Assembly: GCA_965235115.1 (NCBI GenBank)
Contig: OZ249436.1
Location: forward strand, 46,190,001 to 46,254,000
DNA: 64,000 nucleotides
From: Laetmonice hystrix
Lineage: Eukaryota
Reading direction: 5' to 3'
Of the stretch, positions 1-12,767 are shown in pieces (position 1 is the first letter of the stretch; each line of letters opens with the position of its first letter). The notes beneath the pieces were generated by a model. The model saw only the letters and a list, made by a program, of their open reading frames with translations, was not told where the DNA came from and searched no databases. The translations under genes and the position numbers were made by a program.

Positions 1-3000
1 ACCCTAAATACGATCATATATCACCATAGAGTAGTCCTGTCAATATTACTCAGTGCAGCCCAAAATACGATCATATATCACCATAGAGTAGTCCTGTCAA
101 TATTACTCAGTGCAGCCCTAAATACTATCATATATCACCATAGAGTAGTCCTGTCAATATTACTCAGTGCAGCCCAAAATACGATCATATATCACCATAG
201 AGTAGTCCTGCCAATATTACTCAGTGCAGCCCTAAATACTATCATATATCACCATAGAGTAGTCCTGCCAATATTACTCAGTGCAACCCTAAATACGATC
301 ATATATCACCATAGAGTAGTCCTGTCAATATTACTCAGTGCAAGCCTAAATACGATCATATATCACCAAAGAGTAGTCCTGTCAATATTACCCAGTATAA
401 CCCTAAATACGATCATATATCACCATAGAGTAGTCCTGTCAATATTACTCAGTGCAACCCTAAATACGATCATAGAGTAGTCCTGTCAATATTACTCAGT
501 GCAACCCGAAATATGATCATATATCACTATAGAGTAGTCCTGTCAATATTACTCAGTGCAACCCTAAATACGATCATAGAGTAGTCCGGTCAATATTACT
601 CAGTGCAACCCTAAATACGATCATATATCACCATAGAGTAGTCCTGTCAATATTAGTCAGTGCAACCCTAAATACGATCATATATCACCATAGAGTAGTC
701 CTGTCAATATTACTCAGTGGAACCCTAAATACGATCATGTATCACCATAGAGTAGTCCTGCCAATATTACTCAGTGCAACCCTAAATACGATCATATATC
801 ACTATAGAGTAGTCCTGCCAATATTACTCAGTGCAACCCTAAATACGATCATATATCGCCATAGAGTAGTCCTGTCAATATTACTCAGTGCAACCCTAAA
901 TACGATCATATATCATCATAGAGTAGTCCTGCCAATATTACTCAGTGCAACCCTAAATACGATCATATATCGCCATAGAGTAGTCCTGTCAATATTACTC
1001 AGTGCAACCCTAAATACGATCATATATCACCATAGAGTAGTCCTGTCAATATTACTCAGTGCAACCCTAAATACGATCATATATCGCCATAGAGTAGTCC
1101 CGTCAATATTACTCAGTGTGACCCTAAATACGATCATAGAGTAGTCCGGTCAATATTACTCAGTGCAACCCTAAATACGATCATAGAGTAGTCCGGTCAA
1201 TATTACTTAGTGCAACCTTAAATACGATCATATATCACCATAGAGTAGTCCGGTCAATATTACTTAGTGCAACCTTAAATACGATCATATATCACCATAG
1301 AGTAGTCCTGTCAATATTACTCAGTGCAAGCCTAAATACGATCATATATCACCATAGAGTAGTCCGGTCAATATTACTCAGTGCAACCCTAAATACGATC
1401 ATATATCACCATACAGTAGTCCTGTCAATATTACTCAGTGCAACCCTAAATACGATCATATATCACCAAAGAGTAGTCCTGTCAATATTACCCAGTATAA
1501 CCCTAAATACGATCATATATCACCATAGAGTAGTCCTGTCAATATTACTCAGTGCAACCCTAAATACGATCATAGAGTAGTCCTGTCAATATTACTCAGT
1601 GCAACCCGAAATATGATCATATATCACTATAGAGTAGTCCTGTCAATATTACTCAGTGCAACCCTAAATACGATCATAGAGTAGTCCGGTCAATATTACT
1701 CAGTGCAACCCTAAATACGATCATATATCACCATAGAGTAGTCCTGTCAATATTAGTCAGTGCAACCCTAAATACGATCATATATCACCATAGAGTAGTC
1801 CTGTCAATATTACTCAGTGGAACCCTAAATACGATCATGTATCACCATAGAGTAGTCCTGCCAATATTACTCAGTGCAACCCTAAATACGATCATATATC
1901 ACTATAGAGTAGTCCTGCCAATATTACTCAGTGCAACCCTAAATACGATCATATATCGCCATAGAGTAGTCCTGTCAATATTACTCAGTGCAACCCTAAA
2001 TACGATCATATATCATCATAGAGTAGTCCTGCCAATATTACTCAGTGCAACCCTAAATACGATCATATATCGCCATAGAGTAGTCCTGTCAATATTACTC
2101 AGTGCAACCCTAAATACGATCATATATCACCATAGAGTAGTCCTGTCAATATTACTCAGTGCAACCCTAAATACGATCATATATCGCCATAGAGTAGTCC
2201 CGTCAATATTACTCAGTGTGACCCTAAATACGATCATAGAGTAGTCCGGTCAATATTACTCAGTGCAACCCTAAATACGATCATAGAGTAGTCCGGTCAA
2301 TATTACTTAGTGCAACCTTAAATACGATCATATATCACCATAGAGTAGTCCGGTCAATATTACTTAGTGCAACCTTAAATACGATCATATATCACCATAG
2401 AGTAGTCCGGTCGATATTACTCAGTGCAACCTTAAATACGATCATATATCACCATAGAGTAGTCCTGTCAATATTACCCAGTGCAACCTTAAATACGATC
2501 ATATATCACCATAGAGTAGTCCTGTCAATATTACTCAGTGCAACCCTAAATACGATCATATATCACCATAGAGTAGTCCTGTCAATATTACTCAGTGCAA
2601 CCCTAAATACGATCATAGAGTAGTCCTGTCAATATTTCTCAGTGCAACCCTAAATACGATCATATATCCCCATAGAGTAGTCCTGTCAATATTACTCAGT
2701 GCAACCCTAAATACGATCATATATCGCCATAGAGTAGTCCTGTCAATATTACTTAGTGCAACCCTAAATACGATCATATATCGCCATAGAGTAGTCCTGT
2801 CAATATTACTCAGTGCAACCCTAAATACGATCATAGAGTAGTCCTGTCAATATTTCTCAGTGCAACCCTAAATACGATCATATATCCCCATAGAGTAGTC
2901 CTGTCAATATTACTCAGTGCAACCCTAAATACGATCATATATCGCCATAGAGTAGTCCTGTCAATATTACTTAGTGCAACCCTAAATACGATCATATATC

Positions 3001-3554
3001 ACCATAGAGTAGTCCTGTCAATATTACTTAGTGCAACCCTAAATACGATCATATATCGCCATAGAGTAGTCCTGTCAATATTACTCAGTGCAACCCTAAA
3101 TACGATCATGTATCACCATAGAGTAGTCCTGTCAATATTACTTAGTGCAACCCTAAATACGATCATATATCGCCATAGAGTAGTCCTGTCAATATTACTC
3201 AGTGCAACCCTAAATACGATCATATATCCCCATAGAGTAGTCCTGCCAATATTACTCAGTGCAACCCAAAATACGATCATATATCACCATAGAGTAGTCC
3301 TGTCAATATTACTCAGTGCAACCCTAAACACGAACATATATCACCATAGAGTAGTCCTTTCAATATTACTCAGTGCAACCCTAAATACGAGCATGTATCA
3401 CCATGAGTAGTCCTGTCAATATTACCCAGTGCAACCCTAAATACGATCATATATCACCATAGAGTAGTCCTGTCAATATTACCCAGTGCAACCCTAAATA
3501 CGATCATATATCACCATAGAGTAGTCCTGTCAATATTACTCAGTGCAACCCTAA
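1..3554. repeat. 57-bp tandem satellite (window starts inside the array) with 47-bp deletion variants
   Basis: Unit ACCCTAAATACGATCATATATCACCATAGAGTAGTCCTGTCAATATTACTCAGTGCA repeated ~60 times; some units lack 10 bp (ATATCACCAT); higher-order duplication at offset 1100 bp. Confidence 0.97.
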
Positions 3555-3619
3555 CAATATAGCTGTGCACTATTAACAATATAGCTGTACACTATTAACA
3601 ATATTGCTGTACACTATTA
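3553..3619. repeat. 22-bp tandem repeat x3
   Basis: AACAATATAGCTGT(G/A)CACTATT three times directly after the 57-bp array. Confidence 0.85.
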
Positions 3620-3897
3620 TACCAATATGAAATAGTGAAGGGAGCACAAAATGCAAAGAAAACTTATTTTGATTATGCAGATACATTTCAATCAATAACC
3701 TCACGAATTAGGCAACGTTTGATATCACGTTTGAATTTATGTAACGAACAATTTGTTTCGAGAGGCCGAATACTGGTTGAATAGGGCGGGGCCTTTAACA
3801 CTGAAGTTCTTTTGTACTAAAGAAAGGTGGATAAAAGGAATGTCAAAAGTATCGGCCAGTCTAGTTTGTCTTCTGTTTACTTTGTCCACTACTGTAG

Positions 3898-4042
3898 ATT
3901 GAAAATATTTGTGATGACTCGGGCCAGGTAACCTTTAAGTACTTTATGTAAGGTGAGATATTTTTGTTTCTGAATCCTTACAGCAGAGTCTGTTCAGGAC
4001 AAACCTGACCCGAGATCATGCCTTAGTTTATGAAGATGTTCA
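3898..4042 (+). CDS. Two candidate micro-exons (3898-3927 IENICDDSGQ; 3984-4042 QSLFRTNLTRDHALVYEDV) of an unidentified gene or relic
   Basis: Pyrimidine tract + TAG acceptor at 3897, GTAACC donor at 3928, CAG acceptor at 3983, GTAATA donor at 4043, phases compatible; no family recognised. Confidence 0.2.
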
Positions 4043-7000
4043 GTAATATATTGTTTTTGGTTTCCGGATGTATAATCAGTACCACCGTGCCCGTGATGAC
4101 GAAAGTGTACATGCAAGCACTTACAGTCAGCTACTACAGCGGGACTGCAAAATGTAATGTTTGACTGAGCCAGAAGCGATTAAACCATGCTGCTTTCCTT
4201 GTCAAGAACCCATCAGGGATCATAAAATCCATAGTCTGAGTGTACATCTTAGTGATTCATTATTTGCACTTCGAAGGGCATTCCAAGGTCAAGACATCAT
4301 TGACCAAGGAGGCAGGGAAGACACTTTGTAGAAAGCTAGAGGTATCCTATGATTTTGTTTGTGTTCTTTTCATTTTTCCCTAGAAGCGCACTGGGAATGG
4401 GGCTTAGGAAGTAGAGACCAGCCACGGTTGCAGGGTTACCATAGTGATAAGCACACTGAGTCCCCCATGGGGCTCTGTGCATGCAAGATGCACACATCCA
4501 AGGGGTCTTGATTTCCAGGTCAGGACCCTCTACCGCGTGACTGACTCGGATTTCTGCAGCAGGATAAATTGTGTTCTTTGCCGTGTTCCCTCCAGATAGC
4601 GACTAATTATATGCAGCTGCCAAATTGAAATTCAATGAATCCCTGGGATGAAGCACAAGCAAAGCCATGGCTTTGATATTGTCAAAAGGGAACACAGTTG
4701 TCAGGTCCCACTTTATGCCTGTTTGAGGCCGTGTGTTTCAGTGATACAAGCGAAAGTTGACTAGGAATTGGTTGCGCAACTAGAGGTCGGTTAGATAGGG
4801 GAAAGGACACAGGAAATGACCTCAAGTGTTTTATATTTGAACGGTCAAAGAGAATTCTCCTAAGTGAAGTGAGTGTTTTTCTGTAACACAATTAACATTG
4901 GAGGATGCTCGGCTGCGTAGAAATCGTGTTCTGCCTTTTGAGGTTGATGTGACGCTCATAGAGAAATATTCGACGTCACTTTGAAAAAGGAAGAAAAATG
5001 GCGTTCATGTCTACTTGCCTCTGAATGATAAATAGGCCAAGAGATGAAAGACATCAGTGAGAGAAACTGGCATTTGTCTGGGAAAGAAATGAATCAGTTC
5101 CCAGCCATTAAGGGTGTTATTAATTGACCCAACCTGTTAAAAGAAACTTGTGTAGGTCAGTAAGTTTTTATAGATAGGATGCATCGCTTTTGAATGTTTT
5201 CTGAACTCTTTGTTAATATGTACCGAACTGTTCGGGACCGTTCACAATGAGGCATGCTCACATCAACTGGAATTAGTCGTCATATGAACACTAAATCATC
5301 CCGTTGGGAATTTAGATTTGATTAAATTCTATTGGCTGAGAGTAGGAGTTCATTGTCTGACATTGGGACTGAGACGCATGCCAACTATTCGTGATTGCTC
5401 CCTCAAGTAATGAAGTACCGGCCATCACAGACAGGTGGCGCCACGAAGACCGGGAGTTTTCCCCGACTAAAAGCTACATGTAAATTTAATACATTACCAA
5501 CACCGACAATACTATGTATGCTGTAACATGCATGTAAAATGTATGCCTTAATGAATTTGTGTTAGGTTTGATATGGGAACAGAACATCCTGCCAAGGGGA
5601 ATATACAGTTTTGTTTTTGGTAATCGCTTTAATACTTTCCACCCTTTGGATCTTCATGGATTATGTTTAATCTAAATGTTACACAAGATGAGAACGCTCT
5701 AGACAAATGGATGAGAAAGTTTGATCTTGAAGGTTGGACGGGATTGTCAGAAGGTCATGGTTTGATGCCAATCATTCAGTGTCGGTTTGAGCCTCATTGA
5801 TGGGTCAGATGTTTCTGTGTCCGATAATGGGATTAACGAATTCATTAGTCCTGGATCACAACTGGGGTAACAGCACACACCGCCCAACCTTTGGTTTGTC
5901 CCGGATTAAAAGCCATCGACACAGAAAATCCGTCGCGGCAGGTTTCATCAAATTTAATACGCCAAGATCCCGAACGGTGGCGCTGTCAGCGCGACCACCT
6001 GCGAGCAGCAGATGTGATCAAATTAACCACTTTATGCAGTTGAGTGCTGTTCATACAAAATCAAATTTGACAAGCAACAGACCTGGCAGGATTGGGAGGA
6101 GGGTGTGGGGGATTACGGGGTGGTCTGGGGGGAACCCTTGTGTGTCCAATCTCTACCCCCACATGTACCCCAGTCAGTCTAGATGGATGCGACTTGACGC
6201 CCTCTGGGGGCATCATTATGACAATAAATGTGACCCCAGCTTGACCGTCACTCAGAACACACAGCAGGCACACACACTGACGTTTCCCTCTGCTTTGTGT
6301 CATACAAAAATTGTCAAGATGACACGCCATTAATTCTTTTGTGTCTGTGTCTGTGAAGGTTGGATTGAGTATTGGAAGTCAAAAGATGAAGCGGTTTTTT
6401 CTCTGTATTGTCAATGAAACATCATAATTATGACTTTCCGTATTTGATGTATTGACGATGAGACACTACGTTGGAGCATTGATGTCGGATTGGTCGTTTT
6501 AACAGCAGTACTTAATGGATTTCCAATAACGCCAGTTTCTGATCGTAAAACGAAGGTGATTTATTCATGACTTGTATTATTAGTTGTTTAAAAAACCCAG
6601 TTATATTTGTTTACTTGATAGTTTGTCATTTTTTATTACATTTAATTACTATTTAACATTTTTGGTACCAATTGTATCGTAATAAGCAAGGCTTTCACGA
6701 TTTTTATTAGTGAATGCTTGGAATTTAGATATTGATTTTTGAAAAGTATTTTCCTATTTCTTTGTCTACTCCTTGCGACATGGCTTATAAATTATTTGTA
6801 GGGCCTACGTTACACCATGAATAATTATTGCAAATCTAGGGATATGAAAGTTGAATTTAAGCAGTCCTGTTTGGTAGTAATAATGATCTGGGGTGTTGTT
6901 GCGTACATCGGGACGTTCCAGCATCAGTGCACGGGGCTCTGGTTTGGCTACGGTTCCTGGTCGACTGCCACAACCGGACAACAAGCTCTTTGTTAGCTGC

Positions 7001-7929
7001 CAGCGCCAATCCAGGATGGCCACCAGAGTTTCTCATGTCTGATTGACTTTTGGCCTGCCAAGGGCTACATTATTAATTGGGTAATTGTATGGTCGCCGCT
7101 CAGATGTGGATACCAGTGTCAACATTGACTGAGGGACATTAACTGGCATTGCACCGTACACACGCCGCTCAAACTCAGTGGAGTCTCAGAGGATGTCTCA
7201 ATTCTGTGGCGGAATGATTCATAAAATACAAACAGTCAATCGGCACTTAACTATGGACAGAACGACAATAGCATTGCTCAATTACATTGATCGTTATTTA
7301 TGAGAAACCCAGTCCATCATTTTTATCAAAATATATTTACTAGGTCAAGTTTCATAAATAGCAGCCGGTTGGGCATGTGTAAAAAAAGAGCATTAAATTA
7401 TTGCGTCAAACAAAACTACATAACAATTATTTGTCATGTGATACTGTGCCATTTTAAAGCTATTTTTTTATAGCTTTTTAAGATTTTTATAAGCATTTTG
7501 ACTTCTGGACTGCTATAATCGTACAATAAGCCACTCCTGGAGAAGCAATACCGGAAGTAGAATGTGAGGAAGTGTTTTCTGAACGCAGCCTTTCAACAAC
7601 TCTGGACATGTTTATGTACGAGAACAGGTTTGAGTTTTTAGAAAAGGGTGTACCCCCAGAAAAGTCTGTCATTGATCTGGCCGGACCAGTCCGAACCTGT
7701 GTCAGTTTTACTGAGGGTTATTATTTATCCTTTATATCGAAGCAGTGTTGATGAGGATGGAGAGTTGGGAACAGAAAGTGTTGAAGTTAAAGGTCAAAGG
7801 GTCGGTCTGAATGGGAACCAGATGTTGGGAGGGGTTGTAGCATACCGAGAGGCGACGAGAGACGGAGAAAGAAAAACCAAGACCAGGGACTGTCAAACAA
7901 ACAGAACCCACAGACTATTAAAGTGACCA

Positions 7930-8034
7930 TTGGAGGAGCAGGAGGAGGGGAGGAAGAAGAGAAGGAGGAGGAGAAGGGGAAGAAAGAAGATGAAGACGAA
8001 GAAGAAGACGAAGAAGAAGACGAAGAAGAAGAAC
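7930..8034. repeat. Purine-rich GAA/GAG/GAC low-complexity tract
   Basis: GAAGAAGACGAAGAAGAAGAC-type trinucleotide run; source of the poly-E/D and poly-S ORFs. Confidence 0.85.
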
Positions 8035-9354
8035 TATTTTTCCACTTCGTGGGGATTAGCTGCAAATGCGTTTGTATTTTATTTTACAGCTTTTCAAATA
8101 GTCTGAAAAGGGAAAAGAATTTTCGATCAGGCAGACTATACGGAAACAGATCGTTCAAGCTCTTATTTTAAACACAGAAAAACTAAGAACCAAGGCAAAA
8201 AATGAAAGATCAAATACAGGATCTAAGGTCAGTTCTAGTCATCTGTTTTCTCTTCATAAGTCTAAAAGGAACCATTCATTTAATCAAATATGTCACCTTT
8301 AATGTTCACAGACTCATCTTCCGTCTTGGTGCCAAGATCAGCTAGTTGTAGAGTAAAATATTTACAAATCTAAATGAATATGAAGGAGGGTAGAATGATG
8401 TTGGACGCATCGTGTATTAGAACACACGCCGGGAAGTCGTTAAAAATGACATCCGCGTCTCTGGATTAAAATTGTTACAGCATGTGCCTGCCGCACAATA
8501 CATTAAAAAAATCGGAAAAAAATTCTTAGTCTGAAGAAATGATGCTGCCAAAATGTTGAGTGGTGCTCTTAGGAGGAGATAGAGACAAGGTCTGTCTCTG
8601 GTAGAGGGACGGAAATGTTCGGCTACCTCTGACGGGAAAACGCCTTGCAGAATCTGGGCAACGAGAATCCATTGAAAGATTGAAAGAAAAATGAGTTGGT
8701 TGGCAAATGGCGGCCATGTGGGCATACCTGTTGATGTGGACGATGAGTAATCTACATGTACGTAAATCCTTATTGGAACGGGCAAAATGTTTCTTTAACG
8801 TGAAAATTATCTCACTGACAGAATTTTAGTGGCTTGTTCGGAGGTGCAAACACAAAGTGATGGCGCCTAGGAGCAGTTGTCAATCCGTGTTAGCCGGAAG
8901 GAGGGTGAGGTTTGCCGGTGGTGGCGCTGCCATTCTACCCAATTCTACGTCGATATTTACTGCTGGCTTTCTGATGCCCATGCAGAAACAACATGAAAGA
9001 AAAACCTTGAGGCGAAAGTAGCCATAAATACACAGAGACATCTTGTAGGTATCTGATGTGAAACATAATAATGTCACGACAGTTGTGTAATAGGGTTTCA
9101 AGGCAGGGAAAGACGGTATATATAGTGTCAGGGCGTTCAAAGGCAAATATAACAGGTGGCATGAAAGACCTTTGGATGCTATGTCTGTCACAACATCAGA
9201 GAACCAACTTTAATGGAACATTGACATTTTGTGTCTACGGCGACTCAAATATACAGGTACAATTTGGCCAGGACAGTCGTAGAAATAGGTTTCCAGGTTG
9301 ATGTTGATTAGATGTCTGACAAATCCATGCAATGGCGGGAAGGTTCCGAAACTG

Positions 9355-9460
9355 GGGTGCGTTTCACAACAATCGTAACCCTGTCGTGCGTAAAATCCCT
9401 ATTGAAAATACATTGGTGTTTACGACAGGACAAGCTAACGACAGGTTGTGAAACGCACCC
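9355..9460. mobile_element. 106-bp MITE, PIF/Harbinger-like
   Basis: Perfect 16-bp TIRs GGGTGCGTTTCACAAC / GTTGTGAAACGCACCC, flanked by CTG on both sides (9352-9354, 9461-9463). Confidence 0.8.
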
Positions 9461-10531
9461 CTGGGCACGGCAAGTCGGTATTATGTCAATACCAGGCCCT
9501 ATTTTAAAACTGGTTTTACGCCCTGTCGACAGTATTTCTATCATATTCATATTTCATATATTCATATTCATAGTAACCATTTTGTAATTCAGTCAAGAGA
9601 CCTATTTTACCCCCGAGTCCCAGTGGGTTGGTGATGATGAGAATGAAGTTAGAATGAAACCTGCCACCGGGAGGCAATCCCCTACTCTTTTCGAAATAAA
9701 GCAAGGGGCACTCAGAAAAAAGGTATAGTGGAAGGATGGAAATTGCACATGATTGTTTCATAGATGTGATAGTCATTACCTCATGAAATAACTAAACTTA
9801 TTTACTTCAGACTGACAATGGCGTTGCAATTATTTCAATCTGGAAAATGTGCACTTTTACTTTGTCTACAGTCTCCGCGCTGGCGGCCGTATGTGTTTGT
9901 TCGTATAACCCAACAGACAAGGGGTTTCCGGGGTAAGCCTTTCATGTTCGGGTAACCAAACCCGTCTACCAGCCGATGGAAGCAGACGTTTGAAGTGGCC
10001 TCCAAGGCTTGCGAAGATCACTAACATGGTCGTTGGATCACTAACATGATCGTTGGGTGGGTGCCTGTCCTTACACGTTCATGCCATCAGAAACGTCTTA
10101 CATTATCTTCAGCTTTACCGGGACAAACGGCTGGGGTTGCTGCCATGCTATGAATATCTAAGGCGCATCAACAACGATTTTACATCTCTTATCTAGAAAG
10201 ATCTCCACATTTTCTGACATAAAGACATTGTCCTCTTCCGTGGTGTATAGGTTACAGGATTATTGGGGCGAGACCCATCTGGGCAGAAAGAGACAAATCG
10301 AACAGATGTAGGATGGATCATACCACATAGATCTACAAAGTCGCTCATATTTCACGGCTAGGCAGTCGCCAGACACAACCCAGCACTGAATGGCTCAGAC
10401 TGACGGAGGATGATGAAGAACTAAGACCGTCATCTGAAACTCTTTGTAATCGGCCAGGACACGTGGCTGCTACCCACATCTCTGACGTAGGACGGAGCAG
10501 ACCTTTGTTTCATTGGAAATCCATCGGTTTT

Positions 10532-11136
10532 TTATACACTGAAGTCGTATGTCAGAGACAAAGTGCCCCACATGTTATACACTGAAGTCGTCTGTCAGAG
10601 ACAAAGTGCCCCACATGTTATACACTGAAGTCGTATGTCAGAGACATAGTGCCCCACATGTTATACACTGAAGTCGTATGTCAGAGACAAAGTGCCCCAC
10701 ATATTATACACTGAAGTCGTATGTCAGAGACATAGTGCCCCACATGTTATACACTGAAGTCGTATGTCAGAGACAAAGTGTCCCGCATGTTATACACTGA
10801 AGTCGTATGTCAGAGACAAAGTGCCCCGCATGTTATACACTGAAGTCGTATGTCAGAGACAAAGTGTCCCGCATGTTATACACTGAAGTCGTATGTCAGA
10901 GACAAAGTGCCCCGCATGTTATACACTGAAGTCGTATGTCAGAGACAAAGTGTCGCGCATTTTATACACTGAAGTCGTATGTCAGAGACATAGTGCCCCA
11001 CATGTTATACACTGAAGTCGTATGTCAGAGACAAAGTGCCGCGCATGTTATACACTGAAGTCGTATGTCAGAGACAAAGTGCCCCGCATGTTATACACTG
11101 AAGTCGTATGTCAGAGACAAAGTGCCCTACATGTTA
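10532..11136. repeat. 43-bp minisatellite, ~14 copies
   Basis: Unit TTATACACTGAAGTCGTATGTCAGAGACAAAGTGCCCCACATG. Confidence 0.96.
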
Positions 11137-11349
11137 TGCCCATCATGCTATTCTTTCAAAAGAGCGGCTGAACCCTTCCTGCAGACTGAACATCAGAATT
11201 GGTCGCTCTGTTTCAGCTCGTGGAGGGTTACTGAGTCAGATAGTAATGATAAAGGCTGTATATAGAATATGTAGTAGTGGGTTAGGAAGTACATGTGTAG
11301 TAGGTTAGTAGTAGGCGTAGCAAGCTATCTTCATAAAAAAATACTGGCA

Positions 11350-11493
11350 GAAACTTCCTGGTGCATGTTATATTAAGGGTTACTGAGTCAGATATATGAT
11401 AAAGGCTGTATATATATGACCCTGATTATAATATGTTATATCCTGGCCTCCTGAGGGCGGTGACCCTGAATATAACATGCACCAGGAAGTTTC
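11350..11493. mobile_element. Short foldback/MITE-like relic
   Basis: Perfect 25-bp inverted repeat GAAACTTCCTGGTGCATGTTATATT (11350-11374) / 11469-11493, imperfectly extendable; no clear TSD. Confidence 0.55.
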
Positions 11494-12508
11494 GGCCATT
11501 TTCTTTTTATTTTATTTTTTAAAACAGCCAGTAATGTAGCTGTAATGGCCCCTTTTGTTTAAAGGTTTAAGATATCCTTTGTTTTCAGTGGTTCCCTGTT
11601 TGTACAGCGAAGATAATCCATGTAATGTCGAATACTCCATTGATCCGCCCACGACAAGAGTATTTGAGCCGTCCTCGTCATCAGGTCAACGTTTTTATAT
11701 TCTTAAGATCATTCAGCCTTGACGCTGCAGGACATGATCGGTTTGTATCTGATCAGACACATGGATCAGCACATCCTGTCGGGAAGGTCAGTCACCCCTG
11801 TCTGTGGGAACCCACACCGGCGGTCCACATCCGATACTTAGGGATCCTGTACAATCCGCAGGGCGGGCCCACCAACTCACTGCATGCGATCCAACCACCA
11901 ACCGGGCGAACAACTGGCGTACGACAGGTGGCGCTGCTGCAGCAGTTGGCGGCGATCAGCCAACGCGTCATGCCTTGAACAAAATGTGACGTGAACCTCT
12001 AAGGAAAAGACTAAAGATACGTTGACCTTCGCAAAGAACGGACATGATCTATTGTGGAAAGAATGGATGTGGCCAGTGTCTTGGGAAATATTAAAAGGCT
12101 GGATCTTTCTGGGAAATGATGAGATTGGATTTCTCGGAGAGAATGGAACAGGTTAGCGCTTTCTCTTCAGGAAAGGAGGAAACAAGAGTTTTCTCGAAAA
12201 AAATACAGAAAAGATTGGAACCTTCACGGAAAGAAAGAAAGAAAGAAAGAAGGAGATCGTGACTTTATGGGTGGAAACATGAAAGTGAATTTTTTTCATA
12301 TTTTTTTTTATATAAATTAAAACAATCAACTTGCTCTTTTTCACTGAGAGCGACTTGAAAGACCCCAGTAGTACGCTGGTCTGGCCTAAGTATGGTATTC
12401 ACCCAAACTGTACGTTAACACAAGTAAATCAAGGGGAAAGATAAGTGTTGCGTGCTCGTCACTGACATGAGTGATTGCACTTCAAATTCTGCCTACTCGT
12501 TCCGATAG

Positions 12509-12594
12509 AGATCTTGTGAGCGGACTCCCAGAGGAGATCGTATGTCACGTGACGCAGCAGTTGCTCGCAGTCCGGAGGGAGGAGAGTCACGTGG
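12509..12594 (+). CDS. Candidate internal exon DLVSGLPEEIVCHVTQQLLAVRREESHV (weakly F-box-like LPEEI motif)
   Basis: TAG acceptor at 12508, possible GTACGG donor at 12595; peptide resembles the F-box start DxxxxLPxEI, but no partner exons identified. Confidence 0.2.
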
Positions 12595-12638
12595 GTACGG
12601 CTGCGTGATCACAGACAGCACGTGGACACTCGTGTTGG

Positions 12639-12652
12639 TCACTAGGGGGCGC
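12639..12652 (+). promoter_or_regulatory. CTCF-like motif
   Basis: TCACTAGGGGGCGC matches CCAC(C/T)AG(A/G)GGGCGC except at position 1. Confidence 0.3.
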
Positions 12653-12767
12653 CTCACTTCACCGGGTCTGGGTCCACTGGGACAGTCGGCTTCTCTGAGC
12701 ATTCAGGGAGGCAAGAAAGATCGAGTTTATATATACAATCTAGACGGTTGCTAGAGGGATGGAGGCG

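Noticed and set aside
737-3410. 19-aa-repeat ORFs (HHRVVLSILLSATLNTIIY) as membrane proteins
   Set aside because: They are translations of the 57-bp satellite (57 = 19 codons), and 10-bp deletion monomers break the frame freely.
7787-8171. Acidic poly-E/D or poly-S protein
   Set aside because: This is a purine triplet low-complexity tract with no supporting domain or splice structure.
11625-11978. LINE reverse-transcriptase thumb (IRYLGILY)
   Set aside because: It is a single short motif with no upstream YADD/FADD or other RT motifs.
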